Below, piece after piece: positions 29,164 through 36,938 of a DNA stretch of 64,000 nt. Numbering within the stretch: the first letter of the stretch is position 1; each line of letters begins with the position of its first letter. The stretch comes from an uncultured Alphaproteobacteria bacterium (GTDB lineage: Bacteria > Pseudomonadota > Alphaproteobacteria > Rs-D84). Location of the stretch: contig CARVLU010000005.1 of NCBI GenBank assembly GCA_949082785.1, forward strand, positions 2,767 through 66,766, in the 5' to 3' direction. The translations under genes were made by a program, and so were the position numbers. The notes under the pieces are model-generated. The model did no database searches and was not told the DNA's origin. It saw nothing but the letters and a program-made list of their open reading frames with translations.

Positions 29164-29871
29164 ATGGATTTGTTGATCAAGGGTTCGTCGGAATTAAACA
29201 AAATGTTTGCGGCATTGCAACGGACTGCGTCCGGTTTGCGCCGCGATTTTGGCGAAGTGGAAAATTTACAACAATCCCTGCGCGGTGCCCGCGACTTCGT
29301 GGCCAAGGCCGCCAACCGCATCGAAGAAAGTATTTTAAACGACCTGTTGCTGGTGCGTCCGGCGGCGGGTTTGTTGACGCCGAACGTATCGCGTGACGGT
29401 GATGGCCGTGACGAATTTGTGCTGGCACTGTCGGGGGCGCCGAATTTTGTCCGCGCCAATCCGCACTTTGCAATTTCATTGGCACTGCGTTCGAACGACG
29501 AAACAAAAATCGCATTGATTTATTCACCGATTGACGAACGTCTGTATTACGCGGAACGCGGTGCGGGCGCATACGCATTTTCTGCATTTCATTCGGCAAA
29601 AATCCGTGTATCGAATTTGTCGAACCCGGCCGATTTGACGGTTGCATTTAATACCGCATCCCCGCGCCCGGGTATCATGGGCAACATCCGCATGACGGGA
29701 TGCCCGGCATTGGATTTGGCATGGGTTGCGGCGGGCCGTTTGGATGCATATGTATCTGACCCGTTGGATTATGCCGAAATCGCCGCCGGCGAACTGATTC
29801 TGGCCGAAGCGGGGGGTACCCTGGAAATGGGCGCCGATTTAATCGCCACCAATGGCCGGGTTGAATTATAA
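29164..29871 (+). CDS. Inositol monophosphatase/SuhB-fold protein with degenerate active site
   Basis: 235 aa. Aligns by eye to E. coli SuhB (PHFAISLAL, GCPALDLAWVAAGRLDAY, AAGELILAEAGG). However, WVIDPLDGTTNF is replaced by FVLALSGAPNF and ITEE by LTPN. Confidence 0.7.
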   Translation: MDLLIKGSSELNKMFAALQRTASGLRRDFGEVENLQQSLRGARDFVAKAANRIEESILNDLLLVRPAAGLLTPNVSRDGDGRDEFVLALSGAPNFVRANPHFAISLALRSNDETKIALIYSPIDERLYYAERGAGAYAFSAFHSAKIRVSNLSNPADLTVAFNTASPRPGIMGNIRMTGCPALDLAWVAAGRLDAYVSDPLDYAEIAAGELILAEAGGTLEMGADLIATNGRVEL

Positions 29872-29900
29872 AAATCCCCCCGTATGGGGGATTTTTTTTA
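29871..29900. terminator. Bidirectional terminator AAAAATCCCCC-CGTAT-GGGGGATTTTTTTT
   Basis: Starts within the suhB-like stop codon. Confidence 0.85.
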
Positions 29901-29906
29901 TCCCCG

Positions 29907-29945
29907 TTGTCATTGCGAGCAAGCGTAGCGCGCGCGGCAATCCAG
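29907..29945. repeat. Single R element
   Basis: ttgtcattgcgagcaagcgtagcgcgcgcggcaatccag, between two terminators. Confidence 0.9.
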
Positions 29946-29947
29946 TA

Positions 29948-29970
29948 ATAAAATCCCCCGTTCGGGGGAT
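29948..29970 (-). terminator. Terminator of cassette HTH gene copy 2
   Basis: ATCCCCC-GAAC-GGGGGAT + TTTT on the minus strand. Confidence 0.75.
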
Positions 29971-29974
29971 GGCA

Positions 29975-30202
29975 TTACAAATTATCGCGGCTGCGTTTTA
30001 TCACCAACAGTGCAAACGCACCGTGAAAGAAACGACGCAGCGTCCCTTCGGCGAACAGGTCGTGGCCACGTTCACATTTCTGATAATCTTTCTTGTTCAT
30101 TTTCAATAATTTTGCCGCGTCGGCAACACTGATTTTCAAATGTTGGCGCGCATGGCGCATAATATTGCCGTAATACTGGGCATCGATTAATAATTTTGCC
30201 AT
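29975..30202 (-). CDS. 75-aa XRE-family HTH protein, cassette copy 2
   Basis: MAKLLIDAQYYGNIMRHARQHLKISVADAAKLLKMNKKDYQKCERGHDLFAEGTL... AAGGAG lies 9 nt upstream. Confidence 0.88.
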   Translation of the reverse strand: MAKLLIDAQYYGNIMRHARQHLKISVADAAKLLKMNKKDYQKCERGHDLFAEGTLRRFFHGAFALLVIKRSRDNL

Positions 30203-30394
30203 AGTTTAAACTCCTTTTAAGTTATTAAAACACCGCCCGTAAAAGCACAGGCGGTTGGAGGTTCAAAGCTATTCACAGAAATAGTGTGGTTTATTCAATA
30301 TATTCACCACCCTCCAACCAATGGTTGGAATGTTTTTTGTCTTCGCAGACATCTGTGATATGGGCTTTGATACCCTACACCGGTTACCCAATGC
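30203..30394 (-). ncRNA. Candidate structured leader RNA, cassette copy 2
   Basis: Same block order as copy 1. H3 is GUGGU/ACCAC. Extra hairpin UGUCU-GCGA-AGACA. Confidence 0.6.
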
Positions 30395-30400
30395 GTGTGA

Positions 30401-30429
30401 ATTATATCGCATCACGCGCGAATGTTCAA
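30401..30429 (-). promoter_or_regulatory. Cassette promoter copy 2 (TTGAAC-17-TATAAT)
   Basis: Minus strand reads AATAAATTTAAATCCCTTGAACattcgcgcgtgatgcgaTATAAT. Confidence 0.7.
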
Positions 30430-30463
30430 GGGATTTAAATTTATTGGTGTGTGGGTTAATTTA

Positions 30464-30947
30464 CTGGATTGCCACGCGGCGGCGTACCGCCTTGCTCGCA
30501 ATGACAAGGGGGATGCAGTTCCTGGAAATTAGACACCGTTGTCATTGCGAGTGCAGTGACGCAATCCAGTGAATAGTGGTCTGTTCCTTATTATCTGGAT
30601 TGCCGCGCGCGCTACGCTTGCTCGCAATGACAAAGGAGATGCAGTGCCAAGCAATTCAACACCGTTGTCATTGCGAGTGTAACGAAGCAATCCAGTGAAT
30701 AGTGGTCTGTTCCTTATTATCTGGATTGCCACGCGCGCTACGCTTGCTCGCAATGACAAAGGGGATGCAGTTCCTGGAAATCAAACACTGTTGTCATTGC
30801 GAGTGTAACGAAGCAATCCAGTGAATGGTGGTCTGTTCCTTATTATCTGGATTGCCACGCGCGCTACGCTTACTCGCAATGACAAAGGAGATACAGTTCC
30901 TGGAAATTAAACACCGTTGTCATTGCGAGTGTAACGAAGCAATCCAG
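30464..30947. repeat. Array 2: 3.8 units (131/126/126 bp) of R1-S1-R2-S2
   Basis: CTGGATTGCC at 30464, 30595, 30721 and 30847. S1 is in the opposite orientation to array 1 (gggggatgcagttcctggaaattagacaccg), and an alternative S1 occurs (aggagatgcagtgccaagcaattcaacaccg). Confidence 0.95.
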
Positions 30948-30986
30948 TCGGTTATGCCGCGCGGATGCGCGTACCACCCACCCCCA

Positions 30987-31015
30987 TAAAAAATCCCCCA
31001 TTCGGGGGGATTTTA
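30987..31015. terminator. Bidirectional terminator AAAAAATCCCCC-ATTC-GGGGGGATTTT; overlaps the stop of the 31013 gene
   Basis: The hairpin and its 41-nt upstream flank (TCGGTTATGCCGCGCGGATGCGCGTACCACCCACCCCCAT) are repeated at 38472-38538. Confidence 0.8.
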
Positions 31016-31660
31016 TTTATTCGGGATGATTTTGATTTCCACGCGACGGTTCTGCTGGCGCCCGGCGGCGGTCGCATTCGACGCAATCGGATTCGACGGT
31101 CCCATGCCCATGATTTCAAACCGGGTGGATTTTACCCCCTGGCCCTGTAAATAGGCGGCCACGGCCGTCGCGCGTTGCTTTGACAATGTCATGTTATACG
31201 CGTCCGACCCCGTATTATCGGTAAAGCCCATAACCATCACGGTCGAATTGCTGTATTTATTCAAAACCTTGGCCACGGAATTCAGTGTCGCATAAAATCC
31301 AGCATTGATGTCTGCGGAATCTGTTTTAAATGTGATGTTGCCCGGCATAATTAAACGAATGCTGTCATCGGTGCGTTCAACGCTGACCCCGGTTGATGCC
31401 AGTTCCGCGCGCAGTTCGGCTTCTTGGACATCCAGATAGTATCCAACGCCGCCGCCAACCGCCGCCCCGGCCAGGCCACCCACAATGGCACCGGTGCCGC
31501 TTTTCTTGGCAACCAATGCGCCCGTCGCCGCACCGGTGGCCGCACCGATGGCGGTGCCCCAGACAGCCTTGGACGTTTGGGATTGGCCGGTATAAGGATT
31601 GGTTGTGGTGCACGCCGCCAACAATCCGGTCAGCGCACATAATGTGACAAATTTTTTCAT
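31013..31660 (-). CDS. OmpA-family lipoprotein with glycine-zipper segment
   Basis: Start moved to ATG 31660. Lipobox LLAACTT. Contains GTAIGAATGAATGALVA...GGLAGAAVGGGVGYY. OmpA_C motifs GFTDNTGSDAYNMTLSKQRATAVAAYL and NRRVEIKI. Confidence 0.88.
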   Translation of the reverse strand: MKKFVTLCALTGLLAACTTTNPYTGQSQTSKAVWGTAIGAATGAATGALVAKKSGTGAIVGGLAGAAVGGGVGYYLDVQEAELRAELASTGVSVERTDDSIRLIMPGNITFKTDSADINAGFYATLNSVAKVLNKYSNSTVMVMGFTDNTGSDAYNMTLSKQRATAVAAYLQGQGVKSTRFEIMGMGPSNPIASNATAAGRQQNRRVEIKIIPNK

Positions 31661-31730
31661 TTGTAATTCCCCCTTTTTCACAGGGGTATTTTACCCCATT
31701 TTTCCCAAAAACACAAAAAATAATAATGGG

Positions 31731-31786
31731 CAAAAAATAAATCGCCATAAATGGCGATTAAATCTTTGGTGGGTGTTGAGGGACTC
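31731..31786 (-). repeat. 56-nt duplicate of the tRNA-Val 3' end plus its terminator (att-like direct repeat)
   Basis: caaaaaataaatcgccataaatggcgattaaatctttggtgggtgttgagggactc is identical at 31731-31786 and 31898-31953. Confidence 0.9.
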
Positions 31787-31898
31787 CCTGGCGCGGGGCG
31801 CGGCGGGGCATTCGTTCCCGTCCGCGTTGCGGACTGCGCGCGCCCCAATGGCGCGCTGACTCATAGTCAAACCCCGGGTTTTCGTCCCCAACCCATAC

Positions 31899-31929
31899 AA
31901 AAAATAAATCGCCATAAATGGCGATTAAA
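31899..31929 (-). terminator. tRNA-Val terminator (AAATCGCCAT-TT-ATGGCGATTT + TTTTTT)
   Basis: Hairpin plus T-run on the minus strand, 4 nt after the CCA end. Confidence 0.75.
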
Positions 31930-31933
31930 TCTT

Positions 31934-32010
31934 TGGTGGGTGTTGAGGGACTCAAACCCCCGACCCTCTCGGTGTAAACGAGATGCTCTAATCAACTGAG
32001 CTAAACACCC
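31934..32010 (-). tRNA. tRNA-Val(UAC), CCA encoded
   Basis: Reverse complement is GGGTGTTTAGCTCAGTTGATTAGAGCATCTCGTTTACACCGAGAGGGTCGGGGGTTTGAGTCCCTCAACACCCACCA. Cloverleaf arms pair. The anticodon loop is TTTACAC. Confidence 0.92.
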
Positions 32011-32021
32011 AAAGCCCCACG

Positions 32022-32049
32022 ATTATAACAGAGTTTTTTCATATTGCAA
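32022..32049 (-). promoter_or_regulatory. tRNA-Val promoter TTGCAA-16 nt-TATAAT
   Basis: Minus strand reads TTGCAAtatgaaaaaactctgtTATAATcgtggggcttt, followed by the tRNA 5' end. Confidence 0.55.
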
Positions 32050-32053
32050 TATT

Positions 32054-32075
32054 AAAAAACGCCGCATCCGCGGCG
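32054..32075 (-). terminator. ybaB terminator
   Basis: CGCCGC-GGAT-GCGGCG + TTTTTT on the minus strand, just after the stop at 32081. Confidence 0.75.
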
Positions 32076-32080
32076 TATCT

Positions 32081-32380
32081 TTATTCCGGCATCGGCATTC
32101 CGGCGGTGGCTTCGCCCATGATGCGGTCGATGGTGGCATCGGCCTTGGCCTTGGCATCAATGAACGCCGTTTTCACCGCATCGACAACCGCGTCTGCGCC
32201 GCGCGACAAAATCGCGGGGTTAATCGTCAGATTCAACAAATCGTATTTGCCCGACATTTCAACGATGCAGTCGCCCGCACCGGCCAACCCTTTGACACTG
32301 GTTTTGCCCAACAAATCCTGGGCGGCGGCCACTTTGTCCTGTAATTCTTTGGCCTGTTGCATTAATGCGTCCATATCCAT
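32081..32380 (-). CDS. ybaB: Nucleoid-associated protein YbaB/EbfC
   Basis: Start moved to ATG 32380. MDMDALMQQAKELQDKVAAAQDLL...VEMSGKYDLLNLTINP is typical of the family. Confidence 0.88.
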   Translation of the reverse strand: MDMDALMQQAKELQDKVAAAQDLLGKTSVKGLAGAGDCIVEMSGKYDLLNLTINPAILSRGADAVVDAVKTAFIDAKAKADATIDRIMGEATAGMPMPE

Positions 32381-32448
32381 GGTGATTCCCCTGTGGTTAA
32401 TGATAAACAATGCGGGGACGCGGATATGCCCGCGCCCCCGGGTGGTTG

Positions 32449-34620
32449 TTACGCCTTTTTCACTTCGGCGCCGGTCTTTTGGTCAATACCGACCATCGAC
32501 AGACGAGTTTTGCCGCGTTTGTCCACGCCCAGGTATTTAACAAAGACTTTGTCGCCTTCTTTTAATTTGGCGTCTTCGATTTTGGCCAGACGTTCGCCGG
32601 TGATTTCAGAAATGTGAACCATCGATTCGAACCCGTTCATGATTTTTACGAACAGACCGAAATCTTTGACCCCGGACACCGTGCCGGCGTAAATCACGCC
32701 AACTTCGGGTTCGGCGACGATGTCTTTGATGCGCGCGATGGCGGCATCGGCATCTTCCTTGGACACGGCCATGATTTTAACCGTACCGTCATCCGACAAA
32801 TCAATCTGGGTGTTTGTTTCGCGGGTCAACGCCTGGATAACACTGCCACCCTTGCCGATGACTTCGCGGACCTTTTCCGGATTGATTTTCATGGTGTACG
32901 ACTGGGGCGCGAATTCGGACACTTTGTCACGCGGGGCCTTAATCGCCTTTTCAATCTTGCCCAAGATGTGCATACGGCCGTCTTTTGCCTGGGCCAATGC
33001 CTTTTCCATGATTTCAAATGTGATGGATGTGATTTTGATGTCCATCTGCAACGCTGTGATACCACGGTCGGTACCGGTCACCTTGAAATCCATGTCGCCC
33101 AGATGGTCTTCGTCACCCAGAATATCGGTCAAGATGGCGTAATCATCACCTTCCTTGATCAAACCCATGGCGATACCGGCAACCGGACGTGTCAACGGCA
33201 CACCGCCGTCCATCATCGCCAATGTGGCGCCGCATGTGGTCGCCATGGACGAAGAACCGTTGGATTCCAGAATATCGGACACAACGCGGATGACATAGTC
33301 AAACTGTTCGCGGGTCGGCACCATCGGGTGCAGCGCGCGCCACGCCAAATTCCCATGGCCCAGTTCGCGGCGCGACGGGGATTTCAGCCCCTTGCATTCG
33401 CCAACGGAATAACCCGGGAAATTATAGTTCAAGAAGAAATCTTTTTCTTCGGCCCCGTCCAGGGATTCGATGGGCAACGCGTCTTTGCCGCCACCCAGTG
33501 TCAGCGACACCAAAGCCTGAGTTTCGCCGCGTGTGAACAATGCGGAACCATGTGCGCGGGGCAAAACACCCAATTCGATTTCAATCGGACGCACAGTTTT
33601 GTTGTCGCGGCCGTCGATACGGGGACGCCCCGCCAAGATGTTGCCGCGCATAATGCGTGCGGTGATGTTTTCGACGATTTCGTCGGCCATCGATTCCAAT
33701 GTGGATGTGGCGACGGTTGTGTCGGGGAACAATTCGGCAATGCGCGCCTTGGCCGCGGCATGAATTTCGGACAGCGTGTCCAAACGCACCAATTTTTCTT
33801 TGATGGCCAATGCCGCTTCGATATCGCCGGCAAAGCGTTCAAAGTCCGATTCCATCGCGACATATTCCGCGGATTTCGCCGGGACCGCCCACGCGGCCTT
33901 GGCCGCCTGGGACGCCAATTCGTTAATCGCGTCAATAACCGCCTGTTGCGCGTCAAAACCGAATTTGACCGCGCCCAATGTTGTCGCTTCGTCCAGTTCG
34001 CCGATTTCGGATTCAACCATCAACACCCCATCGCGCGTTGCGGCAACAACCAAATCCATTTCGGAATCTTCGACGACTTTGCGTGACGGGTTCAAGATAT
34101 ATTGACCATCCATGTAACCAACGCGCGCGGCGCCAATGGGTCCCTGGAACGGAACGCCGGACAGTGCCAGCGCAGCACTGGACGCAATCATCGCCAAAAT
34201 ATCGGGCTGATTCTTTTTGTCATACGAAAAAACCTGGGCGATAATCTGCACCTTGTTCTTGAATGTTTCCGGGAACAGCGGGCGAATCGGGCGGTCAATC
34301 AAGCGCGCCGTCAATGTTTCGGCGGTCGATGCCTTGCCTTCGCGGCGGTCGCGGGAACCCGGGATACGGCCGGCGGATGCAAACTTTTCCTGATAATCCA
34401 CGGTCAAGGGAAAGAAATCCTGGCCTTCGACGGCGGATTTTTCCGCGCATACCGTGGCCAAGACCATTGTCCCACCCATTGTCGCCAAAACGGCACCGTT
34501 GGCCTGTTTCGCCATGCGGCCCGTTTCCAGTCGCAACGTTTCGTCCCCGTACGGGATTTCAACGGCGATTGGATTATTCAGATGTGTTTTATCATCCTTG
34601 TTAAATAAACCAAATAACAT
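32449..34620 (-). CDS. pnp: Polyribonucleotide nucleotidyltransferase (PNPase)
   Basis: 723 aa. Two RNase PH domains, then KH (VIGKGGSVIQ) and S1 (GTVSGVKDFGLFVKI) domains. Confidence 0.96.
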   Translation of the reverse strand: MLFGLFNKDDKTHLNNPIAVEIPYGDETLRLETGRMAKQANGAVLATMGGTMVLATVCAEKSAVEGQDFFPLTVDYQEKFASAGRIPGSRDRREGKASTAETLTARLIDRPIRPLFPETFKNKVQIIAQVFSYDKKNQPDILAMIASSAALALSGVPFQGPIGAARVGYMDGQYILNPSRKVVEDSEMDLVVAATRDGVLMVESEIGELDEATTLGAVKFGFDAQQAVIDAINELASQAAKAAWAVPAKSAEYVAMESDFERFAGDIEAALAIKEKLVRLDTLSEIHAAAKARIAELFPDTTVATSTLESMADEIVENITARIMRGNILAGRPRIDGRDNKTVRPIEIELGVLPRAHGSALFTRGETQALVSLTLGGGKDALPIESLDGAEEKDFFLNYNFPGYSVGECKGLKSPSRRELGHGNLAWRALHPMVPTREQFDYVIRVVSDILESNGSSSMATTCGATLAMMDGGVPLTRPVAGIAMGLIKEGDDYAILTDILGDEDHLGDMDFKVTGTDRGITALQMDIKITSITFEIMEKALAQAKDGRMHILGKIEKAIKAPRDKVSEFAPQSYTMKINPEKVREVIGKGGSVIQALTRETNTQIDLSDDGTVKIMAVSKEDADAAIARIKDIVAEPEVGVIYAGTVSGVKDFGLFVKIMNGFESMVHISEITGERLAKIEDAKLKEGDKVFVKYLGVDKRGKTRLSMVGIDQKTGAEVKKA

Positions 34621-34729
34621 CAGTTTTTACTCCATTTTATGTTAATCCGTGCGCCGCAGAAAAATTATTCGTTTCTGGGTTCTGGGCCGCCAAACACAGA
34701 AAAGAACAATTTCCCACGCGCACCCCATA

Positions 34730-34757
34730 ATTATAGAGTATAATCGCGCGTTTGCAA
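34730..34757 (-). promoter_or_regulatory. Candidate pnp promoter TTGCAA-16 nt-TATAAT
   Basis: Minus strand reads TTTGCAAacgcgcgattatactcTATAATtatgggg, about 110 nt upstream of the pnp ATG. Confidence 0.4.
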
Positions 34758-34772
34758 ATAATTTAATGTGGA

Positions 34773-36866
34773 TTATTTCGATATCTGGACAAATTGGCGG
34801 GCGACCTTTTTAATGCCGCGTTCGCGGAACGCAATGGTCAAGATGTCGCCATCAACTTCGATAATAACGCCGCGGCCCATTTCGGTATGCAAAACCAGTT
34901 TCCCGACCAGATTTTCCGACCGGGGTGCGCTGCGCCGTGGGGCGTTGCCGTACGATTGGGTAATACCGCGCGTGTTCAGTGTCCGCATCGCGCCCATGCC
35001 CACACCCTGGAACGTTAAAAATGCGGGGTCCATTTCGGATATAAACCGGCTGGGGGCGTTGTATTTGCGTTCGCCAAAGACCATGCGTGACATGGCATTG
35101 CTGATGACCACGCGCACCCGACCGCGCGTCACCGCAACATACGCCAGACGGCGTTCTTCTTCCAATGAACCATCGTTAATCGCCATTTCGTTCGGGAAAA
35201 TGCCATCTTCCCATCCGGGCAGAAATACCGTGTTGAATTCCAATCCCTTGGCCGCGTGGATGGTCATAATGCTGACGGCGTTGGTGTCGCTGGGGCTTTC
35301 CGTGTCGTTGTCATCGGTCATCATCAACGCCGCATGTTCCAAAAATTCGGCCATGGTGTCATATTTGGAAATAACGTTGGTTATTAATTCCCGGATATTT
35401 TCAATGCGTTCGGGGGCGTCCACATCACGGGAATCGCGCCACATTTTCATGTACCCCGATTGTTCCAGCAATGTCTGGGCCGCGTCCGCCGGGCGCATCG
35501 TGTCCCATGAAAAATCAAATGCCGCCAGAAATTCATCAGCCGCCACGCGCTGTTTGCCCGACAATGGCGCCGCGCGCAGCCCCGCCATCAAATTGGGGCC
35601 AAATCCGCGAATCTTGGCAATGGCGGACGGACCGAACCCCCGGCGCGGCTTTGCAATAACGCGCAGAAAAGATAAATCATCAAACGGATGGGCCAGCAAT
35701 CGCAGATACGCAATCGCGTCGCGGATTTCCATCCGGTCATAAAACTTGGTCGCACCGATTAAGCGGTACGGAATCCCGCGGGATGTGAATTCTTCTTCGA
35801 ACAGACGCGACAAACTGCCCGCGCGAATCAAAATGGCAAAATCGTTGTATTTGTTGTCGGCATTTCGGGTAATGGTGTCGGCAATCGCGCGCGCTTCGTC
35901 CCAGTCGGTCGGCACCGTCAAGACATAGACCGCTTCGCCTGCGTCCATGCCGGGGGCGGGGTGTAAATCCTTGCCCAGTCTGCCAGAATTGTGCCGTATC
36001 AGTGAATTGGCCGCGCCCAAAATGTTGGCCGTGGACCGGTAATTGGTTTCCAGACGAATAATCTGGGCGTTTTCGTACGTCTGGTCAAAATTCAGGATGT
36101 GTTTGATTTCCGCCCCGCGCCATGAATAAATCGATTGGTCATCATCGCCCACACAGCAAATGTTTTGCGCACCGCCCGCCGGGGTCAGCATCGTTAAAAA
36201 CTGCATCTGGGCACTGTTGGTATCCTGGAATTCGTCCACCAAGATATAATGAAACTGGCGCTGATAACGTTCCAGAACATCCGGCGCATTTTGAAACAAT
36301 TCCAAAACACGCAAAATAATATCCCCAAAATCGACGGCGTTTAACCGGGCCAGTTCCGCATTATACGCATCATAAATTTCGCCCATGCGCCCCCCCAAAT
36401 GGGCGGCGGCGTCCAATCCCTTGTCCTTTATCATGGAAATCTTTTCGACCCATGTGGCGGGGCTGTATTCCTTTGGGTCCAGGGCCATTTCGGCAAATAT
36501 GGATTTCAATACGGCCTTTTGATCATCTTCGCCAAAGACCAAAAAATCACGCCGCAGTCCCACCCGGTCACAATTGTATCGCAAAATCCGCAGACACACC
36601 GAATGGAACGTCCCGCACCAAATATCGGCGGCCGACCACGCGCCGCCCCCCATCTGCCCCAGACGGTTTTTCATTTCGTTGGCAGCCTTGTTCGTGAACG
36701 TCAGGGCCAAAATCTGCCACGGCGCGGCCAGCCCATTATTTAAAATATACGCGATGCGCGTGGTCAGCACGCGCGTTTTGCCCGTTCCCGCCCCAGACAA
36801 CACCAACAGCGGCCCATCGGTCGTTTCCACCGCCAGCCGCTGTTCGTTATTAAGATTTTCTAGCAT
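34773..36866 (-). CDS. uvrD: UvrD/PcrA/Rep-family ATP-dependent DNA helicase
   Basis: Start moved to ATG 36866. SF1 motifs GAGTGKT, DEFQDTN, GDDDQSIYSWRGA, TIHAAKGLEF and VAVTRGR. Confidence 0.9.
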   Translation of the reverse strand: MLENLNNEQRLAVETTDGPLLVLSGAGTGKTRVLTTRIAYILNNGLAAPWQILALTFTNKAANEMKNRLGQMGGGAWSAADIWCGTFHSVCLRILRYNCDRVGLRRDFLVFGEDDQKAVLKSIFAEMALDPKEYSPATWVEKISMIKDKGLDAAAHLGGRMGEIYDAYNAELARLNAVDFGDIILRVLELFQNAPDVLERYQRQFHYILVDEFQDTNSAQMQFLTMLTPAGGAQNICCVGDDDQSIYSWRGAEIKHILNFDQTYENAQIIRLETNYRSTANILGAANSLIRHNSGRLGKDLHPAPGMDAGEAVYVLTVPTDWDEARAIADTITRNADNKYNDFAILIRAGSLSRLFEEEFTSRGIPYRLIGATKFYDRMEIRDAIAYLRLLAHPFDDLSFLRVIAKPRRGFGPSAIAKIRGFGPNLMAGLRAAPLSGKQRVAADEFLAAFDFSWDTMRPADAAQTLLEQSGYMKMWRDSRDVDAPERIENIRELITNVISKYDTMAEFLEHAALMMTDDNDTESPSDTNAVSIMTIHAAKGLEFNTVFLPGWEDGIFPNEMAINDGSLEEERRLAYVAVTRGRVRVVISNAMSRMVFGERKYNAPSRFISEMDPAFLTFQGVGMGAMRTLNTRGITQSYGNAPRRSAPRSENLVGKLVLHTEMGRGVIIEVDGDILTIAFRERGIKKVARQFVQISK

Positions 36867-36938
36867 TAAATTCACGAAGTCATTATAATGCCAAAAACCA
36901 AACATAGCAAAAATTTATTTAGCCAACGGAACCGCACC

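Noticed and set aside
31787-31897. tmRNA (including two-piece alphaproteobacterial ssrA) or a second tRNA in the insert between the tRNA-Val 3'-end duplicates.
   Set aside because: There is no 5' acceptor strand complementary to AACACCC, no D or anticodon arms, and no tag-peptide reading frame of the ANDN...AA type. Only the 3' 20 nt are tRNA-like, and those are explained by the duplication.
32614-34086. Long antisense ORFs opposite real genes: 490 aa opposite pnp, 530 aa at 58750-60342 opposite mutS, 356 aa at 14732-15802, 343 aa at 42366-43397, 267 aa at 5225-6028 and 321 aa at 14227-15192.
   Set aside because: These are shadow ORFs typical of GC3-biased coding regions. Their compositions are Arg/Gly/Ala/Pro-rich and they carry no recognisable motifs, while the opposite strand encodes unmistakable conserved proteins.
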